Positions 40,029-53,662 are shown, counted from the first letter of the stretch. The stretch is 64,000 nt of DNA from Octopus vulgaris (GCA_951406725.2 OX597820.1:1240001-1304000); one strand, 5' to 3'. Program-made: numbers and translations. Notes: generated by a model from the letters alone, not told the origin.

Positions 40029-40474
40029 ACATGTATAATATATCCATACATGCAGTGAAGTTTATGAGTCTCAGTAAGAAGAGGAATTTGATGTTTTCAG
40101 GGTTGCAGCATTTTGGAGATGCTGTCCAATGTTAGGTCCTCAAATTCTTCATATATACATTTATTGTGTGCTCAACCGATAAAATTGGGTACATGCAAAA
40201 CAAAACCCATCTAGTTGTTCTTTATATACATAGACAGATAGATGCACATGTATATATATGCATATACACAAATATATATATATACATATACACAGAAATA
40301 TGTATATATGCACTGGTATATGTGTGCATATGTATATCTGTATTATATATGTATGTGTGTGCATGTGTGTGTATGTGCATGTGTATTTACATATATATAC
40401 ATACTCATACATGTACACACACATATTTGTATAAATATATATATATATACATACACATACACACATACATACAT

Positions 40475-40530
<56 letters not shown>

Positions 40531-40546
40531 ATACATACACACATAC

Positions 40547-40585
<39 letters not shown>

Positions 40586-40879
40586 CAGATATACATACAT
40601 ACGTATACATACAAATACATATCTATATATATATATATGAACACATGAGAAGAATCAAAAGAGTGATTGTGTGTGGGCAGAGGAAGAAAGAGAGAGAGAA
40701 GGGGTGAGGGTGAGGGTGAGGGGGGGGGCAGAGGAAGCAGCTGTAACCTTCAGATTGGTTGGTTGGTGCAAACAGATGAAAGTTCAGCTGACTGGAATCT
40801 AGATGGTTCTCTTTACCAATTTCGGTAAACTATGCAGGCAGTAAGCACTAAATTAGATTAGTACATACGATAGGCTGTT

Positions 40880-40913
<34 letters not shown>

Positions 40914-41539
40914 GCACACACACAAGCGCACACACTCTCCCTCTCTCTCTTTCTCTCTCTCTTCCTCCCACTCCAAGATAGGGGTAGGCCACCACTGTGG
41001 GGTGGGGGAGGAGCAAAGAGAAGTTTCAGTTTACTGTACTACTACTACTACTACTACTACTACAACTACTACCACAACTACTACAACTACTGCTACTACT
41101 ACAACTACTACCACAACTACTACTACTACCACCACCATCACTACTAATTACAATCAGTTTTATTGGAATTTATGATTTTATTTACTGTTAGCAGCAGATA
41201 GAAGAGAAGGGTGGTGGGTGGTGGTGGTGGTGGGAGGGGGTGGAGGTAATAACTTGGATAACATCAAAGACACTTCGGTTACATGTCTGTAACAGCTGAA
41301 AATAGAATGTTGCTAGGCCCAGTTCACTGGAATTGGTCTACAGATTCAGATTTGATTTCATACATACATACATACATATATATATATATATACATATATA
41401 CATATACATATATACATACACATATATATACATATATATACATATATATACATATATACATATACATATATACATACACATATATATATATATATATATA
41501 CATATATACATATACATATATACATACACATATATATAC

Positions 41540-41589
<50 letters not shown>

Positions 41590-41681
41590 ACAATATAGGG
41601 TGATATTAATTAATTTGGAATAATTATTAATTACACCAAGTAGATTTCGGCATGTAAAAGCTTCATTCGAGGAAAATTTAA

Positions 41682-41879
41682 GTAATACTAAGCAATTAAG
41701 TGGTTTAGCAACAATTACCTCACACACACACCGAATTTAGAAATAGCAGTCAAAGAGTTATAGCTATTCTTTCTACTATTCTTTTAGTAGAAAGAATAGC
41801 TATAACTCTTTGACTGCTATTTCTAAATTCGGTGTGTGGTGAGGCAATTTGTTGCTAAACCCTTAATTGCTTAGTATTA

Positions 41880-41880
<1 letters not shown>
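41682..41880. repeat. Near-perfect palindrome/hairpin, ~97-bp arms, 6-nt loop
   Basis: ...gagttatagctattctttctacta ttcttt tagtagaaagaatagctataactc...; arms extend to gtaatactaagc/gcttagtattac. Confidence 0.95.
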
Positions 41881-41925
<45 letters not shown>

Positions 41926-41953
41926 TACATACACATATATATATATATATACA

Positions 41954-41997
<44 letters not shown>

Positions 41998-42089
41998 CAC
42001 ACACACATATACATATAAAAATATACCTATCATCATCATCATCCTCATTATCATCGTTTAACGTCTCCTTTCCATGCTAGCATGGGTTA

Positions 42090-42500
42090 TGAATACATGG
42101 TGGCTGCCCCCTCGTTATCGAGTATGGCCATTGCACGAAGCTTAATCAATGTTGTTATCGTGCAATGCCTGTGCAAGAAGATTTTTTTAAAGTGAGGAAA
42201 GGCTGTGCACTGAGTCAATCCCACTCACTAAGCAACAGCAGCCATAATCCGAAAAGAAGAACAAGTCAACATCATCGGTAACCACTGAGCCGCAGGTTTT
42301 ATGTCGGAGTTATCCCAGTTACCTGAGTTGCCTTCTCCTAGAAGGATGCCCTAACAAAGGCTAGGAGTCCTTCACTCCCAATGGTTTAACCGCTCGATCG
42401 GGTATTCAGTCCAATTATTTCTATGTCCCCGCGCATGATACAGCCTTAAGACATTTATTGGATGGCCGTTCACTCTCAAGAGTTCCTCTGCCCTTTGACA
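42090..42500 (-). mobile_element. RTE-clade LINE 5'UTR fragment
   Basis: Motifs ...tagggcatccttctaggagaaggcaactc... and ...tggccatactcgataacgagggggcagccacc resemble RTE 5'UTRs as I recall them; locally GC/CpG-richer. Confidence 0.45.
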
Positions 42501-42514
42501 GGTTTTGGTTTTGT

Positions 42515-42774
42515 ATAAATACATATATACATACATATATATATACATATATATATGTATATACAAATATATATATATATATACATACATAAGTATATAC
42601 ATATATATATATATATGTATGTATATACATATACATATATATATATACATATATATATATGTATGTATATACATATACATATATATATATATACATATAT
42701 ATATATATGTATGTATATACATATACATATATATATATATACTATATATATATATGTATGTATATACATATACA

Positions 42775-42807
<33 letters not shown>

Positions 42808-42867
42808 GTATATACATATACATATATATATATATATACATATATATATATGTATGTATATACATAT

Positions 42868-42898
<31 letters not shown>

Positions 42899-42916
42899 GT
42901 ATGTATATACATATAC

Positions 42917-42948
<32 letters not shown>

Positions 42949-43052
42949 GTATGTATATACATATACATATATATACATATATATATACATATATACATAT
43001 ATATGTATGTATATACATATACATATATATATATATATACATATATATATAT
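42515..43052. repeat. Long compound (TA)/(TATG)/(CATA) microsatellite; similar blocks at 38505-38582, 38795-39082, 39500-40030, 40240-40640, 41360-41585, 41882-42016, 48860-49070
   Basis: Direct inspection; source of the YIYI-type spurious ORFs. Confidence 0.97.
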
Positions 43053-43214
43053 GAGCAGGAGTGGGTGTGTGGTAAGTAGCTTGCTTCCTAACCACATGGT
43101 TCTAGCAGTTCCACTGCATGGCACTTTGGTCAAGTGTCTTCTACTCTAGCCTTGGTCCAACCAAAGCCTTGTGAGAGGATTTGGTAGACAGAAACTGAAA
43201 GAAGTCCATTGTGG

Positions 43215-43255
<41 letters not shown>

Positions 43256-43760
43256 GTGTATATGTATATATATACATATATATATTGTGTATATGTGTAT
43301 GTGTGTATATATATATATATATACATAGTGTGTATGTATATATATATATATATATGGGCCTCCGTGCCAGTGGCACATAAAAAGCACCATCTGATCGTAT
43401 CCGTTGCCAGCCACTACACTCACGGAGTGGTTGGCGTTAGGAAGGGCATCCAGCCGTAGAAACATTGCCAGATCAGACTGGGCCTGGTGCAGCCTTCTGG
43501 CTTCCCAGACCCCAGTTGAACCGTCCAACGCATGCCAGCATGGAAAGCGGATGCTAAATGATGATGATATATATATATATTTGTGTGTCTGTGTTTGTCC
43601 TCCCATCATTGTTTGACAACTGATGCTGGTGTGTTTAAGTGCCCGTAATTTGGTGGTTCAGTACAAGAGACCAATAGAATAAGTACTAGGCTTACAAAGA
43701 ATAAGTCCTGGGGTCGATTTGATCAACTAAAGGCGATGCTCCAGCATGGCTGCAGTCAAA
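43053..43760 (+). mobile_element. CORE-like tRNA SINE with internal microsatellite, interrupted by an RTE-tail element (about 43355-43568)
   Basis: Head gcaggagtgggtgtgtggtaag, core ctttggtcaagtgtcttct, tail ccagcatggctgcagtc. Other copies at about 16395-16745(+), 36890-37270(-), 43920-44120(+), 44680-44920(-), 51600-51755(+), 51855-52110(-), 53060-53410(-), 56020-56215(+). Confidence 0.85.
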
Positions 43761-45259
43761 TGACTGAAACGGGTAAAAGAATATACATATATATGTGTGT
43801 GTATGTATGTATGTATGTACGTATGTGTGTGTGTGTATGTATGTATATATGTATGTATGTGTGTATGTATGTACGTATGTATGTATGTATATGTGTGTGT
43901 GTATGTATATATGTGTGTGTGTCTTTGTGTTTGTCCTCCACCACACTGCTTGACAACCAGTGTTGGTTTGTTTGTGTTCCTGTAACTTAGCAGTTCAGCA
44001 AAATAATTAATACAAGACAGAAAAAAGAAACCTATGTACTGAGAGTAAATTTATTCAAATAAAACCTTTCAAGGTGGTGCTCCAGCATGGCCACAGTCCA
44101 ATGACTGAAACACGCAAAAGATCTTTCTTTCATTCAAATATAGTGCATCTACCACAACATTCTCCTTCCTTCATTTTCACACAGCTGGGTGTAACTTGAA
44201 GGCAATTTAGCTATGATTTCTAGCAGGAAAAACAAGCACATAGAAGCTATCTCATTATTCAATGTCTGCAAGCAGCGTTTTCTTGTGTCTCTGCAAAAGA
44301 CAATTGCTTCTACTCAAAGAGACTCGTAAACAGCTCTCTTGTGCAAGCGCTATGCTACCAATTGAAAGCTCTACATCCCAGATACCTGTAGGTTTTATGG
44401 ATAATCAGGAGAGAATGAGCACCATTCTGGGGCCTTCCTGTCAATGGCTTCACAGCACACTGTTTCCCCCCACGAAAATTGAGGTCCCACCAACTGGATT
44501 GACTGACGAGAATTTGATCTTGAGTCCATCATTTTGGCATCATAAGCATCATTGAAAGTGTGGAATCATTTGGGTTTGACTTTCCATGGAGGCAAACGGG
44601 TACCTTTTCCACCCCTAGACATCCCTTGTTTTCTCAACAGATTAGGGTTCAACAAAAAGGCAATCAGTTCTATCACTAAGATATAGGGGGACATAAGCAC
44701 ACCAACACCAGCTGTCAAGTGGTGACAGGTGAGGACAAACACAAAGACACACACATACATACAATGGGCTTCTTTCAGTTTCCATCTACCAAATCTACTC
44801 ACAAGGTTTTGGTCAGCCCGTGACTATAGTAGAAGATACTTGCCCATGGTCCCATGCAGTGGGACTGAACTTGGAACCATGTGGTTTGGAAGCAAGCTTC
44901 TTACCACTCAGTCATGCCTGCATCTAATTTGTCCTAATTTCGAGCAAAAATGCATCCTTGCAGTCTATTTCCATGGCTAACAGATGGCATCTTTTCTTAT
45001 TTTCCCCACCTAATGCACAAAACATCAAACAGGGAGCCTGCCTCTACGTGATCACTCGATATGGTAGAAATAGCAGCCAAATCTCCTTTAATTTACATCC
45101 AGTTGCATTGACAGAGCATGATAAAGTAGTCCAACATAATACTACACGTGAATGAAGGTTTATATAATGAAGGGAAGAAGATAACATCACATAAGCACAG
45201 CCTCCCCATCGTCTCACTGAGGTCGTTTGAAGTAGCATCATTTAATATCTCGGCTAAAC

Positions 45260-45289
45260 TTAGACGAATGATTATTGTTGTCATTGTAA
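45260..45289 (-). CDS. Candidate 30-nt symmetric (phase 2-2) cassette exon, (D)YNDNNNHSS
   Basis: ttccttgcaacactctccag| acceptor and AA|GTTTAG donor; length 30; open in the frame set by the 48340 donor. Read-through gives ...KFSRDIK*. Confidence 0.35.
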
Positions 45290-46231
45290 CTGGAGAGTGT
45301 TGCAAGGAACTACTGTAAGCACCAAACACACACACACACATGTTTCTGATATATGTGTGTATGCAAATGTGTTTGGTGCGTGTCAGTAGGATTTGTGTGT
45401 GTGTGTGTGTGTGTCTATGTGCATACATTAGTTAATTAAGAGACAACTAACTTACTTCTAAGAAGGAAATAAAATCTACTTTGCTCTATTTATAATTACA
45501 TAATGTGTAACAACAGGAACATGAAAAAGTAAAAAAAACGAGGGGTTGATTTTCATAGAGTTTATGGCCAACCGATGCATCACACACAAAACAACACAAA
45601 GAAATATCAATAATAAATATATATAAAAGAAACAACACACAGTTTCCATACTTTGAAAAGAAATCACACAATAAAACAAAGCTGAGCACTTTAAATGGAA
45701 AATAAACAGCAATTAGTTGAGGTAAGTTGTTATTTTAGGTATATTTGAGAAACTGTTTAAATGTAATTAATGATTGTTAATTTGTTCTATTTTGATTATA
45801 TTTTTTTCATCTTATAATTGAAAACAAAAAACTGTAAATTTATTAAAATCATATAAAAGGCTATTTTTAAATCTTTTGTGACAAAAGAGTTGGGTTTTGT
45901 TTTTTTAATAGTTATCATGGTTCATTTAAAGAATTGGATTAATATATTCATCTAACCCACACGCTGTGGGCTTTAACTCAAATGAAAGCAACATATATAT
46001 ATATGCATACACACATGTACATATACTTGAAAATGCGTGTATGGGTATGTGTGTGTGTGTGTAGGTTCATGGTCTGGTGGTTAGAGTGTTGTACGCTGAC
46101 CACCATTTCAATTCCTGAACTGGGTGGTGTTTTGTGTTCTTGAGCAAAACACTTCATTCCACATTGCTCTGCAATCAATTCAACATCTGATGCGTGACAT
46201 GTCATGCACCTGGACAGACAATGTCAAATTT

Positions 46232-46362
46232 GATGGGGAGTGAGGTGATGTGGGGAGTGAGGTGATGTGGGGAGTGAGGTGATGTGGGGAGTGAGGTGAT
46301 GTGGGGAGTGAGGGGATGTGGGGAGTGAGGTGATGTGGGGAGTGAGGTGATGTGGGGAGTGA
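46232..46362 (+). repeat. G-rich minisatellite, ~8 x 17 bp (gtgatgtggggagtgag), inside a tRNA-SINE (about 46060-46420)
   Basis: Direct inspection. Confidence 0.92.
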
Positions 46363-47946
46363 GTAGATGTGCAGCACAAGCACTTGATCACAAGTCATCT
46401 GTCGTTTATGACAAACGAGAGCACCACATCTTAAACACACACACACACATCATATATACAGCAAAGTAATGAAGATGGGATGTGGTAATGAGGAGAAATC
46501 TTTCACTGGTAAGAAATAATTCTCTCCTAGCAAGCATTTTGGACAGCCTCTGATAACCATGTCCAACTCCGAGCCTTCTCATAAGATTTAGTTTCTAGAC
46601 CCAGCCAAACCATCTGGAGAAATGGAGAAATGGCAAAGGCAGGTCCTGGTTCCTTAAAAATGGTGCTTCAAGCAGATGGAACTCATCAGCTTTGGAAGGT
46701 ATTTCATTTAAGAGAGAGAGAATTCTGGCTTTGAATCCTCTGCTGTGTTGCATATGGGGCCTTGCCCTTCCCACGGACAACATTGCCATCATCAGCATCA
46801 TTTAGCATCCATTTTCCATGTTTGTACGGGTGTTAGATATATATATATATATGTATGTACACACTTCATGTACTTACTTCATGGGGTACAAATATTTTCT
46901 TTAATACTTTTGTACTGAGAGTAGGTGTAAATTAGATGATGCTTCAATATTATTTTAAGCCTTGCTACCACCCAAGAGGGAGTCAGCTCATTAACTGAAA
47001 GATTGAGATGTAATATTTCAATGTTCAAATAGGTATCCTGAAAGGTGCAGCTTACGACTACAAGAAACAAGAGCTGTGAATGTAATTAACAAGAGCTTTG
47101 TTGATTTGAAGTACTCAGCTGAGGGGCAGAGAACAGCTTCGAAAGGTCTACTGTTTTGAACGTCTGTAAATTTAATTCTTTACTTAATGGATATATCTAA
47201 TTAGAAAAAAAAAGCCTTGAGCAATTAATTTTATTCATTTCATAAATATTGTTTTTATTGATAGCTGAGATAATGATTTATGAAACTGTTTTGAAATGTT
47301 GTAAAGTGAGTCACTATTTTCTTCAGAGCTTTCAGCTGTAAAGTTAGAGAGTTCTTGAAGCTACCATAAGGCAAACAGAGTAATGTCCCTTGTTTAAAGA
47401 ATAATGGTGGGATTAAAAGATATGAAAATATGAATAAATTAAAATAAATTTAAATAAATTAAAATAAATTAATATGAAAACGTCAGTCAAGAATTTTTCA
47501 GAAGATGGTCTGGAGTTTTAAAAAACCCTTTGCCTCTCCAAAGCATCTCAAGTTTATCCAAAACGCCCATGCTACTTTTCAGACTTGAAGTTAAGCCTTG
47601 TTTCATGTTCTGAGTCATACAAAGCTTTCCTTTCAGAAGTTCTCCCCCAAAAGAAAAAAAAAAACCATCACTGGAGGGGGGGAGGGGTGTATCGTGTATG
47701 CTGCATGGACCCCAGGGTAATATGTCCAGTGTATCATGGTATGTGATACACAGGATAAGCATTTGAGCTTCTTCTTTCTTCTTCTTCTTCTTCTTCTTCT
47801 TCTATACGTTTAGATAAATCTTGTTGCTGAAAGTTGCTTCCAAAATAAATTTAACAGAAAACAGGACAGAAGGTGAATAAATGAAGGGCCGGGAACATTT
47901 TATTATTGTAACTTCTGATGAAAGTAAACAAAGTTGAGATGTATTG

Positions 47947-48161
47947 AAAGATGCAGAAGTAAATTTTATTTTATTCTCAAACGCGTGATAATGCTAATAA
48001 ATAGCGTGATAATGCTAATAAATAGCGTGATAATGCTAATAAATAGCGTGATGAGGATCCATTGCAGAGAAATGTATTTTCTGCAGTGTATGGGTCATTT
48101 ATCTTGATTCATGCTATTTTCACGCGTTTAAGAACAAAAAATGTTTTATTTCTGTATCTTT
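47947..48161. mobile_element. Foldback/MITE-like element with internal 21-bp tandem repeat (gcgtgataatgctaataaata x3)
   Basis: ~45-bp imperfect terminal inverted repeats (aaagatgcagaagtaaa...aaacgcgtga / tcacgcgttt...tttatttctgtatcttt). Confidence 0.6.
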
Positions 48162-48339
48162 TATTTGTAAATATCATAAAATGAAGAAAAGAGAAATATC
48201 AACGATTGAAGACTTTAAATAGAATATATCTTGGAAGAAACCCCACATTTATGAAAGTGAGATTAAAGTGTAGGGGTCAGAGTAAAAGGTCTCATGCTAG
48301 GACCATGAAATAATTTGGTAAACATTTATCATGACTTAC

Positions 48340-48441
48340 TCTGATTCTTCCTGCATTCGCTTTCTGCGGCGGGCTTCGCGGCGTTCTTCGAGTGAACTCA
48401 TGGCTATTTAGTCTGGGAAGCTTCGAAAAAGAAGGGATTCA
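48340..48441 (-). CDS. TnI: Troponin I-like gene, first coding exon (40 nt 5'UTR, ATG at 48401, MSSLEERREARRRKRMQEES + GA, phase 2 end)
   Basis: Minus strand: pyrimidine tract ttttctcttcttcttacag| acceptor, gccATG, donor GA|GTAAGT. The peptide matches the MSSLEERR-x-ARRR N-terminus I recall for long-form molluscan (scallop) troponin I. The acceptor implies an upstream non-coding exon. Confidence 0.82.
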
Positions 48442-48861
48442 CTGTAAGAAGAAGAGAAAACAAAAATAAAAAGGGTCAACTTGGTTAAATCACTCACGAT
48501 GTTCAATATATTCAACAGATATTATTTCTATTGTCACACACACGCATGTGTGTGTGTGTGTGTGTGTGTGTGGTGAAATACGTTTCACAATGAATTTTCT
48601 TTAATCAAGCCTTAAGAACTTTTTAATAACAAAATGAAGAATTTTATATCCTAATTAATATATCTTATTTATAAAATCACTAAAATAATCCCTTTTTCAA
48701 ACAAATAACTACATTAAACAATTAAATGTCAGAAAAGAAAACAGTAACAAGGGAAATTTTAATTTAAGAATATTGTGATTTATTTTTTCCTTCACAAGTT
48801 TTTAGTACATTGAAGATATTTAAACACAAAAACAATTATAGATACTGGATTACATCATGCT

Positions 48862-48959
<98 letters not shown>

Positions 48960-48981
48960 ATTGTATGTGTGTGTGCGTATG

Positions 48982-49016
<35 letters not shown>

Positions 49017-50509
49017 ATGTATATGATATGTGTATGTATGTATGTATGTATGTATGTATGTATGTATGTATAAACAATTATCTTTTTAAGATATATTAGA
49101 TATTTAAGTAAAATTGTACCAAGAGAAAAAGAATGACAAAAGTAGCAAAAGAGGGAGAGATTTGTGATTGGAAAGAAGGAAAGCTTAAATTTATAATAGG
49201 AAGGTTTCTCTCTGTCTCAACATCCACTTTCTTCTAGAGAAGAAATGATTCTTTCTTAACAATAAGATGGACATTTTAAACAAAAATCTTTTAATTTAAC
49301 AATAAGCTGAATATGTGAAATATTTTTTTTTTGATTATTTTTATTAATTTTGTCGGATATAAATTACAATATGGTGTTTTTAATCAAGTTCTCTTGCCTA
49401 ACGAAGCCACATTGCAAAAAAAAAAAGTCATGTGGGAGTTATCTCCCTTACACTATGCAACTCGGCTTTTGTTGGCCGAGTCGTTTTTATTGCGGATGAA
49501 TGGATGTAAAATTACAGTAATTATTCGTTTAAAAGTCGCACTATTCTATAGTTGATATTAAATGAAGAGATTGGAGCGCAACATAGCAATTGGGTAAAGC
49601 TAAGATTTGAAGGGAACAAATTTTGCACCAAAATTTAACACTTAAATTAGAGACATGACTTATACATGTGTTAAAACGGTGTTTTTCGAAAATTCTTTTC
49701 TTTTAAGGAAAAGTACATTCTACCTACATATTTACAGATAAGACTTTCTCAAGAAATCCAATACTCATATAGATTTAGAGGAGGCGGTACGTTATAAATG
49801 TAGAATTTAACAGAAAGTGAGAGATAGGGAAAAGATAGAGAGATTATAAAGTTTTAAGTTAATACAAACTAATGCTAAATTTAGACCAAACAGCTAATAT
49901 CGTTTTTCATGGAGGAGTTATTTTCAGTGAATTTATCAGTGGAATACAGTTTTAAAAAATTCAGAGTTGATGAGTAGATTTTAAATAGTTATACAGAGAA
50001 CTCACTTTAGAAGTATCACAGATATTACGTATTTTAAAATAGTCATCTATGTATCGTAATTAATGTATATACGCCGTTGATAGACCAGTTACTGTAGAAT
50101 TTGTCCTGAGACAACAACTCACGTGAATGGGCTGTGTTTATCCGTCTATTTTCTCAGCCCACTATTACTACAGAGTACATGAGGCTAGAGTCCTCAGGTC
50201 CTTCCTTCATAAGATCTCATAAGAAGCAAATGTCGTTACACTTTCCAGCAGGAAATCCACATTGTCCGACCATTTCGTTCTTGGCTCACTCTTAGGTCTC
50301 CAGACTAGAAAGCGACATGCGATTCTTTCCTGTGACAGTCTAATCTCAGTGCTGTGTATAAAACACAATAAATATCAGAGAGAGAGGAAAATTCGTCCCA
50401 GAAGAAGTCATACGGCCAGTCCATAAGAATTGCTCTTAGAATAAATACACCCGTAACTGGCTTTTCGACAAACTATATACATTAAGTATGATACATAGAT
50501 AGCTAGTTT

Positions 50510-50744
50510 CTTATTTCTTTATTGCCCAAAAGCGGTTAAACACAGAGGGGACAAACAAGGACAGACAAAGGGATTAAGTCGATTACATCGACTCCAGCGC
50601 GTAAATGGTATTTAATTTATCGACCCCGAAAGGATGAAATGCAAAGTCGACCTCGGTGGAATTTGAACTCAGAACGTAAAGACAGACGAAATATCGCTAA
50701 GCATTTCGCCCGGCGTACTAACGATTCTGCCAGCTCACCGCCTT
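50510..50744 (-). mobile_element. Full-length SINE with degenerate TSD
   Basis: tagatagctagtttc / tagatggctattttc flanks. Confidence 0.85.
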
Positions 50745-50988
50745 AAAATAGATGGCTATTTTCATTAAATATGGATTCAGTTGCGTATACTGGATATTTT
50801 AAAATTTTCCTGTATAAAAACAAAAAATAAAGAAAGACATTTGATACTCTGCTATAATTACTATTGCTAATCTTTCACAAACAAAGCGAAGAAATTGTTC
50901 TGTGGCAACAAAGACGGGGGAAAACTAACAATAGTTGTCTCCCTTCACTGGCACGCATTTTTCGCTTTCGTGGAAGTGGCTCTCTACA

Positions 50989-51497
50989 CCCTGCTCCGCA
51001 ACCGGTACGCCGCGGCACGCTGCAGTGCCACGAGACGATGCTAGGTGTGCAACAGGGTAACCTCAACATCATTTGTTTCCCTTATACTTTTAGTTCGGGT
51101 GTGTTGCCGAATTTCGAAAAGTATATAAGTGTACCACAAGTGAGAAAAGGTTGCGGACCTCTGCTCTATTCTATAAATCAGAGGTTCTCAAACTTTTGGG
51201 GCCACCGCCCCCTCTCCAGGCCACATAATACCTTCAGCACCCCCACCCCTATTTTTATGTATAAATAAATATTTTATATTTTACTAATTCATATATACCA
51301 TGAATCATTTGATATTTAATATAATATTGTACAATTTGTATACAATACTGTAATAATATTATAATAAATTCAGTGTCCCCCCAATCCACTGACTTCCTCC
51401 CAACACCTGCCCCACCCCGCCCCTTTAGACACCAGCGCCCACCTGGACCGTCTCAACACCCACCGAGGGGCGGTAGCGCCCACTTTGAGAACCTATG
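50989..51497. mobile_element. Two adjacent hAT-type MITEs (about 50989-51163 and 51179-51497)
   Basis: TIR pairs ctccgcaacc/ggttgcggacctctg and cagaggttctcaaa/tttgagaacctatg. Confidence 0.6.
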
Positions 51498-53662
51498 CTC
51501 TCCATGATATATTTCTTACGACGAAAATTGACGAATTGGTAGGGGCTTCCATAAATCGCCCTGCATTTTCAGATAAGTATGGAAGCATGGTTTATTTATT
51601 GATGTGTGTGTGTACGTGCGTTGGTGTATTTACTTCCCGTAACTTAGTGGTTCGGCAAAAGTTCGACAGAGTAAGTACAGGCTTTTAAAAAATAACTGTT
51701 GGGGTCAGTTCGTTCGACTGAAACTTCTTCAAGGTGGTTGCCCCAGCATGGCATCATTGACAAATATTTTTTAGTTTCTATTCACTAAAAAAATTGAATG
51801 CATTTCAGCGCACGACTTTTTCCCCTTTTTTCTCTTCTTTTTCTTTTTGTTCTAATTGTTTCAGACACTGGACAGCGGTCATGCTGGAGCACCGCCTTGA
51901 AAACTTTTTGTCAAATCGATTTCAGTGCTTATCTATTTCAAAGCCTGCTACTTATTCTATTGGACACACGGACACACGTCAGGCTCCCACGCGGTATCCG
52001 TCTACCAAATTCACTTACAAGTTAATGGTCGGTTCGGAACTTTATTAGAAAACACTTGCGTTAGATTCCTCGCGGTGGTTCTGAACTGGAAACCCAATGG
52101 TTATGAAGTTAACTGAAATTACTTAAAATTGATTGACGGCACCCGTCCCCATCATTCTTTAAAACGGTGGCAATGTTTAAAAAAATATTTTAATCTTCAG
52201 GTGTTCTCCAGCTTCTGTGAAATTAGGTGCAAACCTCCACAGACGTCTCTTGAGTTGTCAGATGAATTCGTTCGTGTTTTTACGACTTTCTTTAATCTTT
52301 CTCACGTAATTTAAATTGATGCGAAAAATATTTTTAGCGAAATGTTTCAAGGGATTTTGTAGCTCCATTGTTCCTTTACAACTTTTGTTCAGCATTTTTG
52401 GAATTTGAATAAATTTTGCCCATTTTCAAACATATTGACGATGGTGGAAAACGAATGAATTTATCTGACAACCCATAAGATGTCTTTTTGGGGTTTTTTT
52501 TAGTTATTTTGTTTTTAGCTATGGCAACCTTCTTCGTTGTTTTCTTAAAATGTTGTCACAAAGATTACATAACTTCGGGACACATTTCGAGCGTTTGTGA
52601 TTGTAGATATTTTAACGAAAACGTTCGGCTGCTGTCTTAGCAAGTTAAATGACTTCGACAAAAGGCTCCTTTGTTAGTTTGTATTGTCCCAAGAATTAAG
52701 ACTTGAAAACATGCGGTGCCAGCATTTAAAGTTGGTAGGGATTTGTTTGTGGAAAGATTTTGACGGCTGAAGCAACAATTCAAGTGACTCGCATAACGAA
52801 ACTCTTTTGTTGGCTCGTGTCTATATTTAAAAATGCTTAAGATGTGTGCATATACCTTAAAATAAATACACGGTGTGTGTGTGTTCGCCACGCCAAGACC
52901 CTCAAGTGGGTCAAAATTGCTGATTGCCCCCCATTTTTCTGGTTTTCTGCTCGCCTAGCGTCATTATTCTTTTTGCAAAATTTTCAGTAATTCTAAATTC
53001 GTGCGGCTCTCACCAAATTATGGAACTTCGGCGCTGTTACATTTTTGCCTTTTATCGTTCACTTGTTTCAGTCATTGGAGCGCGGTCATGCTGGGACATC
53101 ACTTTGAAGGCTTTTAGTTTTTTTAAACAATCGACTCTTTTTTTTTTTTTTAAGTCCGGTCTTTATTGTTTTTGTATCTTTTGTCGAACCGCTAAGTTAC
53201 GGAGACAGAAACAAACACCGATTGTCAAGCAGTGAGGGAAACAAAAGCACACACACACACACACGCACGTGAAATATGCGACGGGATTCTACATAGTTTC
53301 CATCTATCAAACTCACTAATAAAATATTGGTCGGCCCAGAGCTATATTAGAAGACACTTGTCCAACATGCTGCCCAGTGGAACTGAAACCAAAATCTTAT
53401 GGTTACAAAGCGGATTTAAGTTATATATCTGACGCTTGCCGGACAGCCATGTTACCAACTACACTATGCCCTGCCCGACACTCTTATTTGTAAAATTATG
53501 TGTTAATAGCAATCTGTGCATCATACTTAAAGCATATACATCATTGAAAGCCTAATTAATTGTGGTATTTGTCCCGGTACAGTATCTCTTATAGACGTAC
53601 ATTGTTAAAAACACACAAATATATCAGTGGCAGACGAAAATCGTCCAGCAACGATAACGGCA

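Noticed and set aside
38694-43990. Many long ORFs of [14 protein letters not shown] type
   Set aside because: Translations of (TA)n, (CA)n and (TATG)n microsatellites.
45446-45486. Strong GTAAGT donor with nearby AG sites (possible micro- or poison exon)
   Set aside because: No single consistent acceptor; candidate spans are either 2 nt long or contain an immediate stop.
47910-47960. CTGATGA...GAAA
   Set aside because: No convincing stem II/III or UH site; overlaps a MITE end.
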